This document shows positions 8,465 to 17,512 of a stretch of 39,675 nucleotides of DNA, in pieces; within the stretch, counting starts at the first letter, position 1; each line of letters begins with the position of its first letter. The notes beneath the pieces were generated by a model. The model saw nothing but the letters and a program-made list of their open reading frames with translations, had not been told where the DNA came from and did not search any database. The DNA comes from Candidatus Aenigmatarchaeota archaeon. GTDB taxonomy: Archaea > Aenigmatarchaeota > Aenigmatarchaeia > CG10238-14 > SCSR01. The stretch covers positions 1 to 39,675 of the forward strand of contig JAWCSL010000007.1 of assembly GCA_039090665.1 (NCBI GenBank). The letters are read 5' to 3'. Made by a program: the position numbers and the translations under genes.

Positions 8465-10870
8465 TTAATTTAGAGCTGGAATCTTAAAATCTATTAAGTC
8501 TGGGCGGTTTTTATAAACATCTGGATAAATAAGCTGTGTCTCTCTATAAACATCTATAATTAATCCAACGAACTCTGAAACTACTGAACAAGCACCAGTG
8601 AACTTTTGACCAAATCCAAAACATGCTGCTACTGCATCTAAGACCCCAGCACCCGCCGTTGCCACAGCACAAAGTGCTGCAGAAACACATTTAGCAACAT
8701 ATTCTCCTGCTTCTAAACCAACATACCAGTTAACCAAACCTGCTGTTGCATAGCAGTAATTCTTTTTGCTGTAAGATAAAGGCATGTAAGGTTCAACATA
8801 TATTGTATCTCCTTGTTGATAAATTTTAAGCTCTGAATAACATGGACTTACTAAATAAAATCTTGGATCTGGAGCAACTATACTGTTTCTCTTCAATTTA
8901 ATTGAATCTATGCCTTTGGCTTGACATGCCTCTGGTAATGGATAAGCTCTCACACAAGCTCCAAGCTGAATACAAATTGCACCATCTTGACATGATGTTT
9001 GACAATAGCCTTCTGGTGGTTTCTCTTTAGAAGGATAGCCATAGTAAGAGAAATACCTATCCCAGTAGGTTGCTCCTAGAGGAGTGTAAAGATCCTGAAT
9101 TCTAAGAATAGCATAGCCTAAAGTTCCTCTAGAAAAGATTTCTGCATCTTCTTTTAGTCTCAATCTTTTACCATTCAGTAAATTCCACAAATTTTTAGAT
9201 TCAGATGAACTTTTTATAACATCTTCCTTTAAATACCTTCTCACGATATCTTGAGTTTCATACAAGATTGTTTCTTCAGAAATGTCTTTACCTTCCATAA
9301 ACAACTCATACAATCTCTCATCGATGTTATTAACTAGTTTTTCCATTTTTGATCCTCTCTCTATGACAGTAAAAAATATACCTTCATCTGCCTCTTTTTG
9401 CAATTTCGTTATTTTAATTGAGATTAATCTCAATGCCTCATCCTCATTAGTAACTTTAACCCCTGCACGCTTAAGAAATTCTACAGCATCCTCAGGATTC
9501 TCTTCAAAGTATCTTTTCATGCTTTCACTCAGTTTTGAAAAAGAATCAGAATCCAAAACCCTATCACTCATTACTGTCTCTTCTAATCTAGCTATCTTTT
9601 CTTCAAATGGTAAGACTATTTTCTTCTTAATTCTTTCAAAAAACGGATCTTCATCAAGAATAACTTCTTTTATCCCCTTTACTCTTCCATATTCGTCTAC
9701 CTCATAAACTGGAACAAAAATATCATCTATTCTGTCTGGCCATCCATTTTCACGGGCATATTCTTCTAGTGGATTTATCACATTTTCTACTGCCTCATCA
9801 CCAAAATCTTTTGCTATTCTCCAATGTTTGAGAGAAGAATCATATTCCCATCCTTTCTTTTTCCAAAGTTCTGCAAGTTCGTCGCTCTCTTCCACTTCTT
9901 CTTTAAAATAACTGGAAATTTTATCTTTCAAATCATCCATTTTTATTGAAAATCTTCTTTTGGCTTGAGCTATCTTAGTTTTCAAATAGTTCTGAACTTT
10001 TGGTATGACAAATTTTTGCAGAATAATTTTAGTCACATCTGCCCCAATTCCAACAATTACTCCCTCCTTCAAACAATCGCCTAGAGTTTTATCTTGCATT
10101 GCCAAACATAATAGAGTATAGCCGGCTGTGACTTTTCCTATGAATTTTCCTTCTCTCACTACAAATTTTCCTGCTTTTATCACACCCCTCTTTAATTTTC
10201 CCATATTCTCTATCACATCATCTGCACCGTTTTCTAGGGCATTCCATGCTCTCTTCAATTTAGCAAAAGTTTCTGGTGAAATTGACTCTATTTTATCCCT
10301 AATTTTATTAGCAATTTTTCTTCCAACCGTTATCGTACCTTCTTTTCCAGCCTCTGCAGCAGTTTCTAGGCCAAATATATCCATACCCAAAAACACAGAG
10401 TCCAAAGTAACTGTCAACAAAAAATTAGAGCTCCATGGCAAATCCTCCGACCAGGGGATGAAGACTGAAGCTGCTGTTTCCAGAACACCTTGACCAAATT
10501 GATATGGTGGTTCTGGAGGAAAATATTCCCAATAAACTTTATAATAAGGATCATTGAATAATTGTACAGGAATTTCAAGTTCTGGCCCACCTAAACCAAT
10601 TTTTTTCTTAACCCAGTTTATTCCATTTTCTATTTCATCCTTTAGACTTGCAATTCTATTTTGTTCTAACTCAAATTTCAATGTTTTTTCTTCTCCAGTT
10701 TCACAAACATACTCCACACTTTTATAAAAATTATAAGCATTTTGTTCCGCAATTTTATCACTAGAATTGTGGATAAAAAACCACCACAAACCGAATCCTA
10801 CCAACACAGCAATTACTCCACCAACAACCAAAAATCTTAAAGTATACTCATTCAAAATTAACACCCACAA
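8465..10870 (-). CDS. Large pilin-like/membrane-anchored exported protein (about 800 aa), Cys-rich C-terminus with Gly/Ala hydrophobic hairpin
   Basis: N-terminal TM (FLVVGGVIAVLVGFGLWWFF); charged helical middle; 11 Cys in the last ~180 aa; segment SAALCAVATAGAGVLDAVAACFGFG; start uncertain (GTG 10870 or TTG 10855). Confidence 0.8.
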   Translation of the reverse strand: MWVLILNEYTLRFLVVGGVIAVLVGFGLWWFFIHNSSDKIAEQNAYNFYKSVEYVCETGEEKTLKFELEQNRIASLKDEIENGINWVKKKIGLGGPELEIPVQLFNDPYYKVYWEYFPPEPPYQFGQGVLETAASVFIPWSEDLPWSSNFLLTVTLDSVFLGMDIFGLETAAEAGKEGTITVGRKIANKIRDKIESISPETFAKLKRAWNALENGADDVIENMGKLKRGVIKAGKFVVREGKFIGKVTAGYTLLCLAMQDKTLGDCLKEGVIVGIGADVTKIILQKFVIPKVQNYLKTKIAQAKRRFSIKMDDLKDKISSYFKEEVEESDELAELWKKKGWEYDSSLKHWRIAKDFGDEAVENVINPLEEYARENGWPDRIDDIFVPVYEVDEYGRVKGIKEVILDEDPFFERIKKKIVLPFEEKIARLEETVMSDRVLDSDSFSKLSESMKRYFEENPEDAVEFLKRAGVKVTNEDEALRLISIKITKLQKEADEGIFFTVIERGSKMEKLVNNIDERLYELFMEGKDISEETILYETQDIVRRYLKEDVIKSSSESKNLWNLLNGKRLRLKEDAEIFSRGTLGYAILRIQDLYTPLGATYWDRYFSYYGYPSKEKPPEGYCQTSCQDGAICIQLGACVRAYPLPEACQAKGIDSIKLKRNSIVAPDPRFYLVSPCYSELKIYQQGDTIYVEPYMPLSYSKKNYCYATAGLVNWYVGLEAGEYVAKCVSAALCAVATAGAGVLDAVAACFGFGQKFTGACSVVSEFVGLIIDVYRETQLIYPDVYKNRPDLIDFKIPALN

Positions 10871-11109
10871 TATTTTTTACAGTTTTCTAGTTTCATACCA
10901 TTTTGATCACAAATCTCATCAAAACTCTTTGAGTCAATAACAACAAGATTATCATCACAACCTTTTTTTATGAGCTCTAAACAAGCTTGATTTAATCTTA
11001 TAGTTGGCTCGTTGGCACCACTTTTCATCATTTGCAAAATTACCATGACTGCAAAGAGTAATACGAATGACAAAATTATTAAGAGAATTATGGATAACGG
11101 CTTTTCCAT
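10858..11109 (-). CDS. Leaderless pilin-like protein with Cys-rich C-terminus
   Basis: MEKPLSIILLIILSFVLLFAVMVIL; ACLELIKKGC...FDEIC...CKKYCGC matches Cys pattern of 6417..6776. Confidence 0.8.
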   Translation of the reverse strand: MEKPLSIILLIILSFVLLFAVMVILQMMKSGANEPTIRLNQACLELIKKGCDDNLVVIDSKSFDEICDQNGMKLENCKKYCGC

Positions 11110-11124
11110 AAAATAATTTTGATT

Positions 11125-11259
11125 TTATGGAAAAATAAACTTAACAATACTAAGAAATTTTTCTCTGGCAAAGAAAACTAAAAAAAATGTCAGCAACAAT
11201 AAAGAAATGAGCATGATGACATAAACCAAGTATTTGAAAGGCAAACTTATTCCTTTCAT
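11125..11259 (-). CDS. Micro-pilin, 44 aa (not in ORF track)
   Basis: MKG/ISLPFKYLVYVIMLISLLLLTFFLVFFAREKFLSIVKFIFP*; TGATG coupling to upstream ORF. Confidence 0.75.
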   Translation of the reverse strand: MKGISLPFKYLVYVIMLISLLLLTFFLVFFAREKFLSIVKFIFP

Positions 11260-11396
11260 CATTTCCACGGCTTTGGTATCTTTATATTAGCAATCAATTT
11301 TACTAAATCAACATTTCTTATGATGTAGAATATCACAAAAATTATTATAGCTAGGATTATTATGGAAAGAATCAAGATCCACTCATCTTCACTCAT
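11259..11396 (-). CDS. Leaderless single-TM micro-protein, 45 aa (not in ORF track)
   Basis: MSEDEWILILSIIILAIIIFVIFYIIRNVDLVKLIANIKIPKPWK*; TGATG coupling at both ends. Confidence 0.75.
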   Translation of the reverse strand: MSEDEWILILSIIILAIIIFVIFYIIRNVDLVKLIANIKIPKPWK

Positions 11397-11557
11397 CAAC
11401 TTCCACCAAATATTTTCTTCAAAAATTCTGGTATATTTAATATTTGCTCAAAGGTAGAAGTTCCCGATTCTTTAATCTTCCAATAAAAATACAACATTAA
11501 AAGAAGTGCACTTATTGCCACAATTATAATTACCATTGTGTTTAGCGTTAATTCCAT
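11396..11557 (-). CDS. Leaderless micro-pilin, 53 aa (not in ORF track)
   Basis: MELTLNTMVIIIVAISALLLMLYFYWKIKESGTSTFEQILNIPEFLKKIFGGS*; shares ELTLN with 11578..11772 and EFLKK with 11769..11942. Confidence 0.75.
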   Translation of the reverse strand: MELTLNTMVIIIVAISALLLMLYFYWKIKESGTSTFEQILNIPEFLKKIFGGS

Positions 11558-11577
11558 AATTAATTTTTTTCGTGTCC

Positions 11578-11772
11578 CTAAATAAATACTTCACAAAGTT
11601 CTGCTTTTCCAAAAAGTTTGCCTATAGTCATAAGACATAACTCTTTGCTTGTCCATCCAAAAACATTGGAATGAAAGAAAATTGAAAGAAAGATTATTGC
11701 CAAAACGATAGTCAAAATTATGCCTATTAGTATCACGGTCCAATTCAAAGTTAATTCGATTGCACCTTTCAT
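11578..11772 (-). CDS. Small pilin, 64 aa (class III signal peptide)
   Basis: MKG/AIELTLNWTVILIGIILTIVLAIIF; two C-terminal Cys; ATGA overlap. Confidence 0.8.
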   Translation of the reverse strand: MKGAIELTLNWTVILIGIILTIVLAIIFLSIFFHSNVFGWTSKELCLMTIGKLFGKAELCEVFI

Positions 11773-11942
11773 TTTCCTATCACTTTCTTCAAAAATTCTT
11801 CTATTCTATCATATATTTTTCCTGATTTCAAATCTTCCATAAAACCTTTTGAAAAAAAGATTAAAATTCCTATTATAACTATTGCAACAAGCAAGAAAAA
11901 GATTATAACATAAATGTGGTCTAGCAAATTTATCCCTTTCAT
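11769..11942 (-). CDS. Micro-pilin, 57 aa (not in ORF track)
   Basis: MKG/INLLDHIYVIIFFLLVAIVIIGILIFFSKGFMEDLKSGKIYDRIEEFLKKVIGK*; ATGA overlaps at both ends. Confidence 0.8.
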   Translation of the reverse strand: MKGINLLDHIYVIIFFLLVAIVIIGILIFFSKGFMEDLKSGKIYDRIEEFLKKVIGK

Positions 11943-12061
11943 TTGAATACAACCTCAACAGGGAATTTTAACAAATACCTAACCACAACCATCACCAATA
12001 TGAAAAAAATTATCAATCCTACAACCAAGGACAATACAATTTTTTGTACTCTTTCTTCCAT
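11939..12061 (-). CDS. Leaderless single-TM micro-protein, 40 aa (not in ORF track)
   Basis: MEERVQKIVLSLVVGLIIFFILVMVVVRYLLKFPVEVVFK*; ATG immediately follows stop of platform gene. Confidence 0.7.
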   Translation of the reverse strand: MEERVQKIVLSLVVGLIIFFILVMVVVRYLLKFPVEVVFK

Positions 12062-14089
12062 TCACATCACTTGAAATATATTAATTATCATTCCTGAAAG
12101 TGCAACATAAATAGAAATTGAAAATATAACAAAAATAATTGTGGAAATTAAGAGTATTTTAGAAATGTAATTAACCCAAACAACATAGTCAAAACCTGTT
12201 TCAAGACCAACAACCAAAATTCCTGAAATTATCGAAATTTCTATAAGATAGATACCTATAACAAGTTGGAAAATAGCTGGAGAAACTCTAGCAGTCTTCC
12301 AAACTTCAAGCATCGGAAAACCAATTGAAGGAATACCAGAAATTTCTGTTGGCGTAATCTTTCCTAAACTTACGGAAAATGAGATTAAAATTCCCATAAT
12401 AATTAATCCTAAGGCTGTTGCTACACCAGCGACTAGTGGGTTCAAGAAAAATGACATGAATTTGATTGTAGAAACATTGTCTGCAATCAAATCTTCTATT
12501 TTGTTTTGAAGTAAAGAAAGTTTTTTAAGATGCTTGGAAATTGTCTCAAGAGCTTGAGAAAGAAATATAGAACCTTTTGAAGAAATATCAGCTATTATTC
12601 TGAAAACAGATGTAAGCATCACGGAATTGTATTTTTTCACAATTCCTGTGTTTTTGTCGAAAAGTGCTGAATTTAAACTTCTGCCCAATAATATGTTTTC
12701 TTTCAGATCTTTGAATAGTTCTTCTATTTCAAAAATTTTTGATCTTGTAGAAAGAGAAAGTATTGACCTTTCAAAAGGCACTCCAATTTTTAAAGAATGT
12801 GAAATTTGAAGCAAAATTGAATCTAACTCAGACTCAATTCTTCTTATTTTTTTCATTTTTTCCATTATTTTTCCCGTGTAGAGGATTAAAGGTAAAGTGA
12901 AGAGCGACACAATTGTTATAAGAAATAGAGAAGTTGTAAGTGCGGGTGTTGTCAAATCATTTATAAGAAATTCACATTCTTGAATATTCATTTTCAAACC
13001 TTCTGGCTTTTTTTCAACTTCAAACTTCTCGTTCATCCAAGCCGAACAAAGCTGGAAATTTTTTACATGAAAGTAAATATTCGGTATAAACATCATTGAT
13101 ATTATCAGCCCCAAGATCAAAAGTATAGGAAGAATATTCACTTGTTTATTCAAAAAATTGAATGTTAAAAATTGTCTCTCCAATTCTATTGGCGATGTTA
13201 CAAGAGGTCTTCCGTTTATCACAAACATAATCAAAATGAGAAGAATTGTTGGTAAGAAAACATCATAAACAAAAAATACACCTATGATGTTTAAAAGCTC
13301 TGGTAAGAAAATTGTGAGTAAAGGAATAAGAGTAAGTCCAATAATTGGAAGTATTAGACCTAAAACCATTATGGCTGTTGTTGGGAGCTTTAATTCCCTT
13401 GCATATTTTTCCATTCTTTGGTAACTTTCATCAACGGCCAAACTAGTAGCTTCATCCAACAATTTTTCTCCTTGATATGGGTTTTTAGAATATGCTATTA
13501 GAAGTTTTAGTGCTTCACTAAACTCTCTAGCCTCCACATACCATTTATCAGCAACTTCATTTAAACCTTCTTCAAAAGTAAATATTTTTTGTGAAACTAA
13601 ATCAGACAAAACTTTTCCTAAATCTGCTTTTATCGGACCTCTTAAGTTTTTGTAAGCCAAAATAACCGCATTTTCAAGATTTGGAATTTGAGAAAGAGAA
13701 ATTACCATATAAGTTATGCAATGCACCATTTCAGAAGATGCTTGAGCACGAACAATTTTTACTTTCAAGTATGGATAATAGTAAATGGAAAAGGTGAAGA
13801 ACCCTATCATGAAAAGCAAATAGAAAAAATAAGAAAAATTAAACAATAGAGAAATTATAAAAGCCACCAAAGTAGAAAAAATGAAAAATAGAAATGCGGC
13901 TGAGATATTTGAGGTTGGTGGTATCTTTAGCATAGAAAATTTTATGATCTTCTCTTCTTCTTTCATCTTCCTTTCATTGAACTTTATTCTCAAAATGTTG
14001 TAAGAGAAATTGCAAAAAATCTCATACAGGCTTTTCTTTTTTTTTCTTTCTATTTCCTTATAAATTTCTAGCACTTCTCTTGATACCAT
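12062..14089 (-). CDS. Type IV pilus membrane platform protein (TadC/ArlJ/T2SS-F family, two-domain)
   Basis: Two cytoplasmic domains (YMVISLSQIPNLENAV; QISHSLKIGVPFERSI) each followed by TM bundles; directly downstream of the ATPase. Confidence 0.85.
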   Translation of the reverse strand: MVSREVLEIYKEIERKKKKSLYEIFCNFSYNILRIKFNERKMKEEEKIIKFSMLKIPPTSNISAAFLFFIFSTLVAFIISLLFNFSYFFYLLFMIGFFTFSIYYYPYLKVKIVRAQASSEMVHCITYMVISLSQIPNLENAVILAYKNLRGPIKADLGKVLSDLVSQKIFTFEEGLNEVADKWYVEAREFSEALKLLIAYSKNPYQGEKLLDEATSLAVDESYQRMEKYARELKLPTTAIMVLGLILPIIGLTLIPLLTIFLPELLNIIGVFFVYDVFLPTILLILIMFVINGRPLVTSPIELERQFLTFNFLNKQVNILPILLILGLIISMMFIPNIYFHVKNFQLCSAWMNEKFEVEKKPEGLKMNIQECEFLINDLTTPALTTSLFLITIVSLFTLPLILYTGKIMEKMKKIRRIESELDSILLQISHSLKIGVPFERSILSLSTRSKIFEIEELFKDLKENILLGRSLNSALFDKNTGIVKKYNSVMLTSVFRIIADISSKGSIFLSQALETISKHLKKLSLLQNKIEDLIADNVSTIKFMSFFLNPLVAGVATALGLIIMGILISFSVSLGKITPTEISGIPSIGFPMLEVWKTARVSPAIFQLVIGIYLIEISIISGILVVGLETGFDYVVWVNYISKILLISTIIFVIFSISIYVALSGMIINIFQVM

Positions 14090-14093
14090 CTAA

Positions 14094-16331
14094 TCATCTT
14101 TTAATCTTTTCCTTAAACCAATTTAGCCATCTTTCATAAATCATCTTTGAATCTAGACCACCAACTTCTTCTCTAACCTGCTCTGAAATCATATGAAACA
14201 TTTCATTGCTTTGAACTACTATCTCAGCTTCCAATATATCATCTCTTCCCAATTCTCTGGCAAAATCAACCATTGTTTGTCTTATTTTTGCTCTTAGTAA
14301 AATGTTGTCCCAAACTGCATCCCAATTTCCATGCCACTCTCTAACACGCTTAGCAATTTCATTCAAAACATAGCTCTCGCCATTAATTAAAGTGTCTGTA
14401 GGTTTTAGTCTATCTTCTTTAGCAGAATATTCCATAAGCGTGACAAATCCGCCTTCATCCAAAGGATCTTGTTTCCAATGTTTTCTCACTTCTGTTAGCT
14501 CCGTCACGCGCCTAAATCTTCTCAAACCATCCGGTGTCTTGAGCAAATTGCAAATTGTTATGGCATCCAAAGCTTTAAAGCTTGTTGGTGGAACTTTTAA
14601 GTCATTTACAACCCTATCATAAACTCCATAAGCCGATTCTCCGTGAATTGTGCCAGCAACGAGATTTGCCAAAGCTCCGATTCTCATTGCCTCGAACAAG
14701 GCCAATGCTTCACTGCTTCTTACCTCACCTATTATCAAAACAGAATCTCCTAATCTCAAAGCAGTCCTTAAAGCTTCTTCTGCCGGAAGCTCTGCTTCAA
14801 CCCTTGTTATAACAGATCTAGATTTCAATCTTTCTATGTTGTAGCCTAAATTCATGAGCTGCACTGCCGGAAGCTCTAATGTATCTTCAACAAGACAAAG
14901 ACGGAACTTTTTCATAACTTCAAGCATTATAGCTCCTAACAAGCTTGTTTTGCCTGAGCCTCGACCTCCAGCAACAAGCAAGCTTCTACCTCCATCAACA
15001 ATAAAACTCATAACTCCAGCATACAAAGAATCAAAAAACCCTGCTTTTATGAAAAGTGGGAAAGTCCATGGCTTATCTCTATGTCTTCTAAAAGCATAAC
15101 CAAGACCATAAGGAGATAAAGTTCTTGTTATTGCCGCAACTCTTGCCCTCCCACCAGGTACTAAAAGCTCTGTATCAAGCACGGGATTTGCTTCATCTAA
15201 AGGCCTTCCTGAATAAAGCCTAAATCTTGTTGCCCAAGCATCTGCATCTTCTTTTGTTGGCAACAAATTTGTTTCACATTCTTCAAACTCGGCATGATTG
15301 ATGAAAATTGGTGTGGAGCCTATTGGTGAGTTTATGTAAACATCTTGAACTTTCTCATCTGCAAGTAAAACTTCCAAAATGCCAAAACCTGCAGTATATC
15401 TTGCAAGAATCTCTGCCAGTTCTTCAAGCTCTTGAGAAGAAAGCTCAACCCCCCTGCTTCTGGCTATATCTCTTATTAAATCCCTTCCTATGCTCATAAA
15501 AACTTCTCTTGCTTTCTCTGGTTCAGTGAATTCCCTTTCTGAAGGCCTATGCTCAGCAAGGTATCTTCTTGCTAGATCCAAAATCATGTACTTATCTTCA
15601 CTCAAAGTGAATTCTGGTGGAATCACATGATAAACATACCTTATCTTTCCCGGAACTTTGAAAATTTCAACAGAAGTTTTACCAACAAAATATTTTTGAA
15701 TTGAAATCCCGTCTTTTGGGGGCATAATCATATAGCGCGTAAGCATAAAATTAGGTCTTATTAGAGGTCTGAAAACTTGTCTGTAAAAGCTTCTATCTCC
15801 TGGTTTGAATTGGGAGAGTTTTGATTTGAAAATTTGAATTAAAGTGCAACTAGACAAAATTTTTTCCATTGGCAACAAAACTTTTTCAAGATATTCTGTA
15901 TGACAAAGTTTTGTTTGATCTTGAAATTTTTCTGCCATCATTTTTTCTCTCAAAATCATCTTTTCTAACATCACATAAGCCCCTATTGGGTCTTTTCTCA
16001 AAACTTGAGTAACAAGAAATTGAAGTTCTGAAAGTCTTCTTGGAAAAAGCTTTTCGCATTGGCTTGGGCCAAACTTGTTGATGGAGATAAGCTTCTCTTC
16101 ATTCAAAATCTTGTTATAAGCATTAGCTATTTCTTTTAAAAGTTTAACTTGCTCATAATCATATTCCCTTTCTCTTGTTTCAACTATAACAATTCTTTCC
16201 ACACCCTTGGTTTCAAGCAAAGTATCGATTACCACAGCCATACAAGCCTCTGAGTCTTCTATGCTTGGCTCTATAGCCCAGTTCATAGCATTTATTCTAA
16301 GAGTGTTTTCAATAACCTCATAATCTACCAT
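14094..16331 (-). CDS. Type IV pilus/secretion ATPase (VirB11/CpaF/ArlI family)
   Basis: Walker A GGRGSGKT, Asp box VEDTLEL, Walker B LIIGEVR, His box GTIHG; N-terminal extension. Confidence 0.95.
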   Translation of the reverse strand: MVDYEVIENTLRINAMNWAIEPSIEDSEACMAVVIDTLLETKGVERIVIVETREREYDYEQVKLLKEIANAYNKILNEEKLISINKFGPSQCEKLFPRRLSELQFLVTQVLRKDPIGAYVMLEKMILREKMMAEKFQDQTKLCHTEYLEKVLLPMEKILSSCTLIQIFKSKLSQFKPGDRSFYRQVFRPLIRPNFMLTRYMIMPPKDGISIQKYFVGKTSVEIFKVPGKIRYVYHVIPPEFTLSEDKYMILDLARRYLAEHRPSEREFTEPEKAREVFMSIGRDLIRDIARSRGVELSSQELEELAEILARYTAGFGILEVLLADEKVQDVYINSPIGSTPIFINHAEFEECETNLLPTKEDADAWATRFRLYSGRPLDEANPVLDTELLVPGGRARVAAITRTLSPYGLGYAFRRHRDKPWTFPLFIKAGFFDSLYAGVMSFIVDGGRSLLVAGGRGSGKTSLLGAIMLEVMKKFRLCLVEDTLELPAVQLMNLGYNIERLKSRSVITRVEAELPAEEALRTALRLGDSVLIIGEVRSSEALALFEAMRIGALANLVAGTIHGESAYGVYDRVVNDLKVPPTSFKALDAITICNLLKTPDGLRRFRRVTELTEVRKHWKQDPLDEGGFVTLMEYSAKEDRLKPTDTLINGESYVLNEIAKRVREWHGNWDAVWDNILLRAKIRQTMVDFARELGRDDILEAEIVVQSNEMFHMISEQVREEVGGLDSKMIYERWLNWFKEKIKR

Positions 16332-16377
16332 ACAATTAATTTATCTATTCCACAAAACAAATTGTTTATTGAGAGAT

Positions 16378-16767
16378 ATGGCTGCTAAAGAAGCTGGAAT
16401 AGAAGTTTTGACAAGTGAAATGGTAAGGAGATTGAACGAATATAGCAGTAGGATAAAAAATGTAGAATTAAGACTTGAAAGAATAGAAAGTAGAGTAACA
16501 AGTATAGAAGAAACTGTACTAAGCCAATTAAGTAACTTAAAGATTGGTTTAGATAAACTTTCTCAAAAAATTTCTTCTCTTGTGGATAGATTAAACTCAA
16601 TAGAAAGTGAAATTTTGAGAATAAACAAGGAACTTGGTAAGACCGCACTCAAGAGCGATATCAAGAAAATAGAAACTTTTATAGATATTGTTAATCCCGT
16701 GACTTCAAAATTTGTTACAAGAGATGAATTAGAAAGAATTCTGGAAGAGAAGCTCAAAGAAACATAA
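16378..16767 (+). CDS. Coiled-coil hypothetical protein
   Basis: Heptad-rich helix ending KFVTRDELERILEE; divergent from ATPase; ATG 16378 preferred over TTG 16369. Confidence 0.75.
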   Translation: MAAKEAGIEVLTSEMVRRLNEYSSRIKNVELRLERIESRVTSIEETVLSQLSNLKIGLDKLSQKISSLVDRLNSIESEILRINKELGKTALKSDIKKIETFIDIVNPVTSKFVTRDELERILEEKLKET

Positions 16768-16807
16768 ATTTGTATTTAAAAAACCAGAAAATAATATAGG
16801 GAAAATC

Positions 16808-17470
16808 ATGCCTTTGCCTTTTTTACAACAAAAACCAGAAGTTGTAAAAAGCAAGCCACCTGTAGAAAGGATAAAAGAACTTTCTTCAAAAGGATTCTCA
16901 GAAGTTGAAATAATTGATATTCTTAGAAAGGAAGGTTATTCTCCAGAAGAAATAGATGTTGGTCTTACAGAAGCTTTGAAAATGGGAGTTAGTGGTATAT
17001 CTCCTCCTGGAGAAGGTCCTGTTAGCTTACCCAAGCTTGAAGACCTGCAACCAAAACAAACACAACTAGAAATACCAGAAACATCCTTACCTCAAGACTA
17101 TTCTTATTACACTACACCTCTCTATGCTCTACATTCAGAACAATCATATCCAACAGAAGATTACATAGAATTCATTGTAAAGGAAAAAACAGCAGAACTT
17201 AATGATAAGCTTAAAGAATTTATGATAAAATACTCAGAGCTTGAAAAGAAGTTTGCTGAAATTCATCAACAATTGAATGAGCTTATGAGAGCCAAAACAA
17301 GCGGTGAACAACTTGTACTTGCAAGGCTAGATGAGGTGAAATCTGTTTTAACTGATATGGAAACAAGAATTGCTGGTTTAGAAAAAGCTTTTAAAGATGC
17401 TTTACCAGCATTGATAGAAAGTGTGAGAGCTTTAAGTGATGTGGTACAAAGAGTGAAAAAACTTTCTTGA
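16808..17470 (+). CDS. Hypothetical protein: helical N-domain, Pro-rich linker, C-terminal coiled coil
   Basis: Repeated GFSEVEI/GYSPEEI motif, P/Q-rich linker, long heptad repeat. Confidence 0.75.
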   Translation: MPLPFLQQKPEVVKSKPPVERIKELSSKGFSEVEIIDILRKEGYSPEEIDVGLTEALKMGVSGISPPGEGPVSLPKLEDLQPKQTQLEIPETSLPQDYSYYTTPLYALHSEQSYPTEDYIEFIVKEKTAELNDKLKEFMIKYSELEKKFAEIHQQLNELMRAKTSGEQLVLARLDEVKSVLTDMETRIAGLEKAFKDALPALIESVRALSDVVQRVKKLS

Positions 17471-17512
17471 ACAAACTTAAATTTTTCAGAAATCAAATAA
17501 AAATTGAGAGAA

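Noticed and set aside
12062..16331. Archaellum operon (arlI/arlJ)
   Set aside because: No archaellin signature, ArlH, ArlF or ArlG visible; treated as a non-archaellar type IV system
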